A DNA stretch of 64,000 bases from an uncultured Desulfuromonadales bacterium. Lineage in GTDB: Bacteria; Desulfobacterota; Desulfuromonadia; Geobacterales; CAIOGM01. A program made the position numbers and the translations under genes. Shown in pieces: positions 57,237-64,000 of this stretch. The DNA is taken from the NCBI GenBank assembly GCA_903929485.1, contig CAIYUY010000097.1:3088-67087 (forward strand). Reading direction: 5' to 3'. Position 1 is the stretch's first letter. Each line of letters starts with the position of its first letter. The notes under the pieces were generated by a model. That model saw only the letters and a program-made list of their open reading frames with translations. It ran no database searches and was not told the origin of the DNA.

Positions 57237-57634
57237 TTCGCAAGGTTTATCTTGATTCCTGTATCGCGATCTATCTCGTCGAGGAGCATCCTCTGTATTG
57301 TGCGGGCATTGAAGAATCCTTGGCAAAATTGCAAGGTATTGTCTGCTATAGCCCTCTCACCGAACTGGAATGCCTTGTTCTGCCGCTTCGTGATAAGCGT
57401 GATGACCTTCTGGAGAAATTCAGACAGTTCTTCGGGATCAATGTCCCGCTGACCATGCCCGACGTGGTGTATCGGGAAGCGGCGAAATTAAGAGCGGAAT
57501 TCGGATTGAAAACACCGGACGCACTGCATCTGGCTACAGCGCGATTTCATGATTGTTCAGAGTTGTGGACCAACGATGATCGTTTGGCGGGTGTTGCGGA
57601 GGGTAGGGACTTAAACTTGGTTCGGCGGGGGTGA
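57233..57634 (+). CDS. vapC: PIN-domain VapC toxin (apparently intact)
   Basis: YLDSCIAIYL, E.L......, TPDALHLATA and NDDRL acidic or conserved positions. ATGA overlap with the antitoxin stop; an alternative ATG is at 57227. Confidence 0.8.
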   Translation: MIRKVYLDSCIAIYLVEEHPLYCAGIEESLAKLQGIVCYSPLTELECLVLPLRDKRDDLLEKFRQFFGINVPLTMPDVVYREAAKLRAEFGLKTPDALHLATARFHDCSELWTNDDRLAGVAEGRDLNLVRRG

Positions 57635-57698
57635 CGGTCTGGAATTTCACTCATTAATCTGCTTCTGCTTTTAAAAGCAGATCCTCACTCCTTAACCT

Positions 57699-58481
57699 CT
57701 ACCTGCTTCTGAACTCCGCCTTCCGTTTCTCCAGGAAGGCCTCCATCCCCTCTTTCTGATCCTGGGTGGCGAAGAGAACTCCGAAGAGGGCCGCCTCGTA
57801 ACGGAAGCCCTCTTCCCGGCTCATCTCCAGGCCGTTGACGATGGCGTCCTTGGCATAGGCGACCCCCAGGGTCCCCACCCGGGTCATGGCGGCGGCGCTC
57901 TCCAGCGCCTTGGGAAGGAGCTCTTCCGGCGGGAAAACTTCGTTGACGATCCCCCAGGCCAGGGCCTTGGTTGCGTCGATGATCTTGCCGGAGAAGATCA
58001 GCTCGTTGGCCCTGTTCTTGCCGATGAGTCGGGCCAGATTCTGGGTTCCGCCGAAACCGGGCATGATTCCCAGGGTCACCTCGGGGAAGCCTACCTTCGC
58101 TTTTTCCGAGGCGTAGATGAAGTCGCAGGCCAGGGCCAGCTCCAGTCCCCCCCCCAGGGCGAAGCCGTTCACCGCGGCGATGACCGGCTTGGTCATCTTC
58201 TTGATGAGGAGCATGACCCGTTGCCCCTTGAGGCCGAACTGGTGCCCTTCGTGGGCGGTCATGGCGGACATCTCCTTGATATCCGCCCCGGCCACGAAGG
58301 CCTTTTCTCCGGCGCCGGTGAGGACCACCGCTTTCACGGAGTCATCCAGGTTCAATTCATACAGGGCGCACTCCAGTTCACCCAGCAGGGAGCTGTTCAG
58401 GGCGTTGAGTGTCCGGGGGGAGTTGATGGTCAGGGTTGCAACCCCGTCCAAGGCCGCAACAAGCAGGTTCTTGAATTCCAT
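57699..58481 (-). CDS. Enoyl-CoA hydratase/isomerase (crotonase) family
   Basis: LNAL...VVLTGAGEKAFVAGADI and AAVNGFALGGGLELALACD. Confidence 0.9.
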   Translation of the reverse strand: MEFKNLLVAALDGVATLTINSPRTLNALNSSLLGELECALYELNLDDSVKAVVLTGAGEKAFVAGADIKEMSAMTAHEGHQFGLKGQRVMLLIKKMTKPVIAAVNGFALGGGLELALACDFIYASEKAKVGFPEVTLGIMPGFGGTQNLARLIGKNRANELIFSGKIIDATKALAWGIVNEVFPPEELLPKALESAAAMTRVGTLGVAYAKDAIVNGLEMSREEGFRYEAALFGVLFATQDQKEGMEAFLEKRKAEFRSR

Positions 58482-58584
58482 GGGAAACTCCTGAAAACTA
58501 AGATGTACAGGATCAAAAAAACGGCGCATGGAGGGGCTCCGTAACGCCGATCATGATGATTGTGCCTATGTTTGATATGGAAAT

Positions 58585-58803
58585 CTATCTTTTGTTTTTC
58601 ATGGACACTTTACTTTCTTCATCCCATTTATTATCCATCCATTTCTCGGTTTTTGCTTTTTTTATGACTATATTTTTAGTCGCCGACTCCATAACTTTTT
58701 TATGTATGATTTTGCCGCTATGGTTTTTGCTTGTAGTTTGTTTGCTAAAAAAAACAACTAGAAATATTAACGCAATAACCGCGAATAACAGTAACATTAC
58801 CAT
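58585..58803 (-). CDS. Putative small membrane protein in an AT-rich segment (72 aa)
   Basis: An N-terminal TM helix MVMLLLFAVIALIFLVVFF followed by a Lys-rich tail. It has the same orientation as both neighbours, and aagggg lies upstream. The opposite-strand ORF 58553..58816 is the alternative. Confidence 0.35.
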   Translation of the reverse strand: MVMLLLFAVIALIFLVVFFSKQTTSKNHSGKIIHKKVMESATKNIVIKKAKTEKWMDNKWDEESKVSMKNKR

Positions 58804-58899
58804 GCGCGCCCCTTAAGCCCTTCAATGTTGAACAGATACCGCTGATATATTCATGAACCTGATTCTTAGCACGTATCTCGCCGATTACCTACAAAAATT

Positions 58900-60069
58900 C
58901 TACAGATAGATGATGTCGTCGGGGATGTCGGTGAGCTTGATCCCTCCTTCCCGGCTGACGGCGAAGGTGTTCTCGATGCCGATGACGCCGTGACCGGGGA
59001 TGACGAACTTGGGTTCGATGGCGATGGTCTGCCCCGCCCGCAGAGGCGCCTTGAACCCTTGGGCCAGCACCGGATACTCATCCAGTTCCAGGCCGACGCC
59101 GTGCCCCACGAATTTGGCGTTCTCCCCGGGCGCACCCATGTAATTCTTCTCCAGGCCGGCGGCTTTGGCCATCTCCAGGGATTTGAAGAAAAGTTCCTCG
59201 CAGATCGTTCCCGGTTTCAGGTTCTCCACCAGCTGCTGCTGGATGGCAAGGGCGGTATGGAAGGCGTGGAGAAGTTCGTCGCTCAGGCTCCCCATGCAGA
59301 AAATCCTGGTGATATCCACGATGTAGCCGTTGCTGATTCCGGTGTAATCCAAGATGATGGGAGCGTCGGGAGGAATCAGGCAACGGGAGGCGCCGTGGGG
59401 GGAGGCGCTGGAGAGTCCCAGGCCGGTGACCGCGCCGTCGAAGAAGCCGGGCTCGCCGGCGGATGCCGAGGAGACGGCCAACCCCATGAACAGTTCCTGA
59501 TTGAAGGCCCGCATCCGGACCAGCCCTTCATTCCCCGCCTTGCGCAGGCGGCACTCGAATTCGGCGGCAAGATCCAGTTCCCGCATTCCCGGCTTGAGAA
59601 ATTCCGGAACCTGTCGGAAGATGTTCCCGATCATCTCCCCGCTGGCTTTCATCCGGGCCAGTTCCCACGTCGACTTGACCGAACGGATTTCCCGGTTGAT
59701 CCCGGAGATATCGACGAATTCCCGACCGGGAAGCGCCCTGGCGTAGAAGTTGTACTGCGCCACCGGGACCACGTCGAAGGTGACCCCGATCTTTTTGATC
59801 CCGTTGCCGAACAGGAGAGGGAGCTCCTTGCCGGAGGGGAAGGGGCGGGTATCTTGTATCATGCTCTCTTTCAGGGCGCGGCTGAGGCTCTTGCGCACCA
59901 GGAGAAACGGGTCGCCGGTGGCCGGGATCCAGAGGGTGGAATTCTGTCGGGTCCCGGTAAAGTAGTAGATATCAATGGGGAAGATGAGGAGCGCTCCGTC
60001 AATCCCTCCGCTTTGCAGCTGCTGTTGCAGCCTGATGATCCGTTGTTCGCATTCCGTTTTCGTGAGCAT
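58900..60069 (-). CDS. M24-family metallopeptidase (Xaa-Pro aminopeptidase/creatinase fold)
   Basis: D.T, HGVGLE.DE and IEP metal-ligand series, with a creatinase-like N-domain. Confidence 0.85.
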   Translation of the reverse strand: MLTKTECEQRIIRLQQQLQSGGIDGALLIFPIDIYYFTGTRQNSTLWIPATGDPFLLVRKSLSRALKESMIQDTRPFPSGKELPLLFGNGIKKIGVTFDVVPVAQYNFYARALPGREFVDISGINREIRSVKSTWELARMKASGEMIGNIFRQVPEFLKPGMRELDLAAEFECRLRKAGNEGLVRMRAFNQELFMGLAVSSASAGEPGFFDGAVTGLGLSSASPHGASRCLIPPDAPIILDYTGISNGYIVDITRIFCMGSLSDELLHAFHTALAIQQQLVENLKPGTICEELFFKSLEMAKAAGLEKNYMGAPGENAKFVGHGVGLELDEYPVLAQGFKAPLRAGQTIAIEPKFVIPGHGVIGIENTFAVSREGGIKLTDIPDDIIYL

Positions 60070-60090
60070 GATGTACCCCCCGTAAGAGCA

Positions 60091-60203
60091 TTATCCACTG
60101 ATTTCACCGATTAACACTGAAAAACAATAAAATCGATGTCCAAATGAGTTCAAAAATGTAGTTGATTTTAAAATCCGTGTCAATCAGTGAAATCTGTGGA
60201 TAA
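60091..60203. repeat. 27-bp imperfect inverted repeat (24/27) flanking a 59-bp AT-rich spacer
   Basis: ttatccactgatttcaccgattaacac ... gtgtcaatcagtgaaatctgtggataa. Confidence 0.7.
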
Positions 60204-60443
60204 AGCTTTTGGTTACATGTTTCGCCGGTATTTCCCCCTCGCATCGTGGAAGGGATGGGATATCCGCCCCAGGGAGGCAAACTTAACCGTCTCCATCAGA
60301 GCTCCAAAGATGTCCCCACCCGCCACCTCCCGGAGCGCCCTGGAACCCTTTGACAAACAGAACCGGGAAGGATAGTCTGCTGTCACTGAATTTACGTAAA
60401 GGAATTGCGCCTTAAAGAGACGATGGGAGAAGAGGTGATTTCC

Positions 60444-61244
60444 ATGGGCGAGTTGTCCGCGTCACCGGGGTTGACCATGAATATTCACACCTACCATAAG
60501 GGCAAACTCTCCAGGGATGAAGCGGTAGTGGTCAGCGAGTTCCCGCTTCGACTCATCGTGAACGACCGGGAGCTGGCCACCCTCATCGCCTCCCCCCATG
60601 ACCTCCGCTTTCTTGTGGCCGGGTTCCTTTTGGTAAACGGCTTTGTGACAAGCGTCACCGACTTTCTGATGCTCAGCGTTTGTCCGGACATGAGCAGCGC
60701 CAACGTACGGGTGAAGGGGGAGATTCCCGAGAAGCTGAGACCGGTTCTGACCAGCGGTTGCGGCACGGGAATAACCTTTACCCTTCCCGGTAGCCGGATC
60801 CGCCGGGGAGCCGGTTCCGCGGATGCCCCGACCGTCTCCCCGGCGGATCTTTTCGCCATCATGGAAGAGTTGGCCCAACGGGCGGAACAGTACCGGACTC
60901 ATGGCGGGATTCATTCGGCGGCGGTGGGAGAGGGAGGAAAGATCATCCTCTATGCCGAGGATCTGGGGCGGCACAACACGGTGGATCGATTGGCCGGAGA
61001 GGCGCTGCTCAGGGGGGTTGACCTGACGGGGAAGGTTCTGGTGACGTCGGGGCGGATTTCCAGTGAGATGGTGGCCAAGGCGGCGGGGTTGGGGATCGGG
61101 GTGGTCGTTTCCCGGACCTCCCCCACCGACATGGCGGTGCGGTTAGCCCGGGAGCAGGGGATCCTGATGATCGGCTATCTCCGTGGCGGCAGGTTCATCG
61201 TCTACAGCCGTCCGGAGCGCCTGGAGTGCGTCTTTGACGACTGA
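60444..61244 (+). CDS. fdhD: Formate dehydrogenase accessory sulfurtransferase FdhD
   Basis: GCGTG, EDLGRHNTVDRL.G and SGR.SSEMV.KAA..GI..VVSRTSPT. The start is uncertain (60405, 60423 or 60444). Confidence 0.88.
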   Translation: MGELSASPGLTMNIHTYHKGKLSRDEAVVVSEFPLRLIVNDRELATLIASPHDLRFLVAGFLLVNGFVTSVTDFLMLSVCPDMSSANVRVKGEIPEKLRPVLTSGCGTGITFTLPGSRIRRGAGSADAPTVSPADLFAIMEELAQRAEQYRTHGGIHSAAVGEGGKIILYAEDLGRHNTVDRLAGEALLRGVDLTGKVLVTSGRISSEMVAKAAGLGIGVVVSRTSPTDMAVRLAREQGILMIGYLRGGRFIVYSRPERLECVFDD

Positions 61245-61368
61245 ATAAAAAGCTCCGGAAGGGGAAATGTCAAAAAGAGCTTGGCAATAAAACGGCGTTG
61301 TGGTACGTCAATGCACGGTAGCGGGACGTAAAGAGATTATTGGACAAAGATCTCACAGGAGGAAGCTG

Positions 61369-62535
61369 ATGAATATTCACGAGTACCAGGCAAAGGCGAT
61401 TTTGAGAAAATTCGGCGTGCCGGTTCCCAACGGTCATGTCTGTTATAACGGGGCCAGCGCCCGGGAATGGGCCAAGCGTCTGGGGGACGGCCCCTGGGTG
61501 GTCAAGGCTCAGATTCATGCCGGCGGACGAGGCAAGGGGGGTGGGGTCAAGCTGGCCCGCACCGCGGACGAGGTGCGCAATATCGCCCGCGACATGCTGG
61601 GGATGACCTTGCGGACTCATCAGACCGGACCGGAAGGGAAGCTTGTCACACGAGTTCTGGTGGAAAACGGCTGCAACATTGAGCGGGAACTGTATGTCAG
61701 CCTGCTGGTGGACCGGACGACCTCCAAGGTCACCGTCATGGCCTCCACCGAAGGGGGGATGGACATCGAGGAGGTCGCCGCCGCGACCCCGGAGAAGATA
61801 TTTCGGGAAGCAGTGGACCCGGTGGTGGGACTCACCGCCTTTCAATGCCGCAATCTTGCCTTCAGCCTGGGGTTGACCGGCAAACTGACGGTGAGGGCCG
61901 GGGCTCTTTTGCAAGGGCTCTACAACACGTTTATCGCCTGTGACTGTTCCCTGCTGGAGATCAACCCCCTGGTGGTCACCAAGGAGGGGGATCTTCTGGC
62001 CCTGGATGCCAAGTTCGGTTTTGACGACAATGCCATGTTTCGCCACCTTCAGATCGGTGACATGCGCGATTTTGATGAAGAAGATCCCAACGAAGTGGAG
62101 GCGTCCCAGAATGACCTCTCCTATGTCTCCCTGGCCGGCAACATCGGCTGTCTGGTCAACGGCGCCGGGCTGGCCATGGCGACCATGGATATTATCAAGT
62201 TCTCCGGGGGTGAGCCGGCAAACTTTCTGGATGTTGGGGGCGGGGCGACTATTGAGCGGGTTACCGAGGCCTTCAAGATCATTCTCTCCGACAAGAAGGT
62301 CAAGGGTATTTTGGTTAACATCTTCGGCGGCATTATGAAGTGTGATGTCATCGCCACCGGGGTCATCGAGGCTGCCCGGCAGGTTTCCCTCAAGGTGCCG
62401 CTGGTGGTCCGTCTGGAGGGGACCAACGTGGAGGCGGGGAAGGAGTTGCTCGCCGCAAGCGGTCTGAATATCATTGCCGCCGAAGGGATGGCCGACGCGG
62501 CGCAAAAAATCGTCCAGGCCGTGGCAGCCGCCTGA
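61369..62535 (+). CDS. sucC: Succinate--CoA ligase (ADP-forming) beta subunit
   Basis: [33 protein letters not shown]; aggagg RBS. Confidence 0.95.
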   Translation: MNIHEYQAKAILRKFGVPVPNGHVCYNGASAREWAKRLGDGPWVVKAQIHAGGRGKGGGVKLARTADEVRNIARDMLGMTLRTHQTGPEGKLVTRVLVENGCNIERELYVSLLVDRTTSKVTVMASTEGGMDIEEVAAATPEKIFREAVDPVVGLTAFQCRNLAFSLGLTGKLTVRAGALLQGLYNTFIACDCSLLEINPLVVTKEGDLLALDAKFGFDDNAMFRHLQIGDMRDFDEEDPNEVEASQNDLSYVSLAGNIGCLVNGAGLAMATMDIIKFSGGEPANFLDVGGGATIERVTEAFKIILSDKKVKGILVNIFGGIMKCDVIATGVIEAARQVSLKVPLVVRLEGTNVEAGKELLAASGLNIIAAEGMADAAQKIVQAVAAA

Positions 62536-62548
62536 AGGAGATAAAATA

Positions 62549-63436
62549 ATGAGCATTCTTGTCAGTAAGGAGACGAAGGTGATCACCCAGGGGCTGGGCG
62601 TCACCGGCCTTTTTCACGCCAACGGCGCCCGGGAGTACGGCACCCAAATGGTCGGCGGGGTGACCCCCGGCAAGGGAGGGTGCATCATGGACGGCTTTCC
62701 CGTCTATGATACGGTGCGGGAGGCGGTGAGGATGACCGGCGCATCCGCATCGGTCATTTATGTCCCCCCCCCCTTCGCCGCCGACGCCATCATGGAGGCG
62801 GTGGACGCCGGTATCGGAGTGGTGGTCTGCATCACCGAGGGGATTCCGGTTTTGGATATGGTCAAGGTCAAGCAGTTCATGCGGGGGAAATCAAGCCGCC
62901 TCATCGGGCCCAACTGCCCCGGGATCATAACCCCCGGGGAGTGCAAGATCGGCATCATGCCCGGATACATTCACCGTCCCGGCAAGGTGGGGGTCGTTTC
63001 TCGCAGCGGCACCCTGACCTATGAGGCGGTCTGGCAGCTCACCGGCTATGGTCTGGGGCAGTCCACCTGCGTCGGTATCGGCGGTGACCCGGTGAACGGC
63101 ACCAATCATCTGGATGTTCTCCGGATGTTCGAGGAAGATCCCGATACGGAAGCGGTGATCATGATCGGTGAGATCGGCGGCACCTCGGAAGAGGAGGGGG
63201 CCTATTTTGTCAGGGATCATATGACCAAGCCGGTGGCGGCGTATATCGCCGGCGTTACCGCCCCTCCGGGAAAGAGGATGGGGCACGCCGGGGCGATCAT
63301 CTCCGGGGGGAAGGGGACAGCTGCTGAAAAGGTGGCGGTGCTGGAAGAGTGCGGGATCAGCGTGGCGGCAAGCCCCGCGGAAATGGCCCTGGCTCTGCTG
63401 AAGATCTATCGTCCCTGCCGGAGTCGCGCCCTTTAA
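62549..63436 (+). CDS. sucD: Succinate--CoA ligase alpha subunit
   Basis: [19 protein letters not shown] and MGHAGAI; gaaggag RBS. Confidence 0.95.
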   Translation: MSILVSKETKVITQGLGVTGLFHANGAREYGTQMVGGVTPGKGGCIMDGFPVYDTVREAVRMTGASASVIYVPPPFAADAIMEAVDAGIGVVVCITEGIPVLDMVKVKQFMRGKSSRLIGPNCPGIITPGECKIGIMPGYIHRPGKVGVVSRSGTLTYEAVWQLTGYGLGQSTCVGIGGDPVNGTNHLDVLRMFEEDPDTEAVIMIGEIGGTSEEEGAYFVRDHMTKPVAAYIAGVTAPPGKRMGHAGAIISGGKGTAAEKVAVLEECGISVAASPAEMALALLKIYRPCRSRAL

Positions 63437-63451
63437 AACATGTCTGACTAT

Positions 63452-63475
63452 AAAAGCCTGAATAGTCAGGCTTTT
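63452..63475. terminator. Hairpin plus T-run after sucD, shared with the convergent gene
   Basis: aaaagcctga atag tcaggctttt. Confidence 0.65.
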
Positions 63476-63491
63476 TAGTTCATAGCCGGCG

Positions 63492-64000
63492 TCACTGTTC
63501 CTCCGTTATCAGCCCGATCATGGTTTCGATCTGCCGGCATGCCGCGGCAAAATTAAGCAACTCCACGGTCTCGGTGAGGTGGGAGACAAAAGGGATGTAT
63601 TTTGTCCCGGCGACCAGTTCGGTCAGCCATGGGAGTCGATTGATTATCTTGAGATTGTTTTGGGAAGCGAGTATCCCCAGCTCCCTTAACATGGTCTCCA
63701 GTTCCCGGGGGGCAACGGTTCTTCCCTCCAGGGGGACGTCGGGGGCGGGGAGTGATGATTTAAGTGTCTCCGCTGACGCCACGAGCTCCGCCATTGCTTC
63801 CTCCAGTTCCGGTTGGAGGGTTGTGGCTGTTTCGGCATCTCCTTTCCGGCAGGCCGTTTCCAGGGAAGAAAGGAGTAGATGCAGACGACCGGCGGAGATA
63901 TTCCCCGCCCCCCCCCTGACGGCATGGACCAGGTCCCCGGCCTTTTCCAGGTCGGAGTTTGCCAGGGCGGCGCGGATCTCGCCGCCGGCGTGCCGGTTAT
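63492..64000 (-). CDS. Hpt-domain-containing protein, C-terminal part; the gene continues beyond the window
   Basis: The frame is open upstream of the listed ORF 63492..63794. It reads ..EIRAALANSDLEKAGDLVHAVRGGAGNISAGRLHLLLSSLE, an Hpt HxxKG-like motif. Confidence 0.6.
   Translation of the reverse strand, partial: NRHAGGEIRAALANSDLEKAGDLVHAVRGGAGNISAGRLHLLLSSLETACRKGDAETATTLQPELEEAMAELVASAETLKSSLPAPDVPLEGRTVAPRELETMLRELGILASQNNLKIINRLPWLTELVAGTKYIPFVSHLTETVELLNFAAACRQIETMIGLITEEQ

Noticed and set aside
58990-60114. 374-aa plus-strand ORF
   Set aside because: It lies antisense to the M24 peptidase and has a shadow-ORF composition.
61270-62604. 444-aa minus-strand ORF
   Set aside because: It lies antisense to sucC, which is certain.

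Overview
High-GC (about 60% by eye) chromosomal window that looks like Geobacterales/Desulfuromonadota; this lineage guess is an inference from gene content. It carries multihaem cytochrome, PEP-CTERM, many PAS/His-kinase genes, pilT and selB. All calls come from reading the sequence and the ORF track; no searches were run. Core content: a PUFA/secondary-lipid-type synthase locus (pfaD-like ER coupled to a KS-AT-4xACP-KR gene that runs off the 5' edge and is missing from the ORF track), mtgA, a ThiI-like PP-loop ATPase, a degenerate GspE/MshE-like protein next to pilT, an ABC exporter, nitroreductase, selB, a TadZ/CpaE-like protein, argC, rpsI-rplM, nadA, a gamma-CA-like protein, a 12-haem cytochrome c, a B12-radical SAM enzyme, a GGDEF cyclase, five sensor kinases with three response regulators, fdhD and sucCD. 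The most interesting part is an accessory island at about 47.3-57.7 kb. It holds two tandem copies of a two-gene module: a large secreted beta-sandwich protein with an unrelated N-terminal head but a conserved C-terminal about 270 aa, followed by a small, nearly identical PEP-CTERM protein. Each copy has a shared upstream block and a GC-rich intercistronic palindrome. The island is interleaved with three toxin-antitoxin pairs (two toxins killed by single lesions) and an IS4 transposase fragment. Other notable items: an rpn-like nuclease gene bracketed by a duplicated gene 3' end; a triplicated rplM leader that creates two stop-start coupled uORFs; an AT-rich haemerythrin islet; an in-frame dispersed-repeat insertion in the ABC exporter; and several gene fragments. 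I saw no rRNA, tRNA or CRISPR array.
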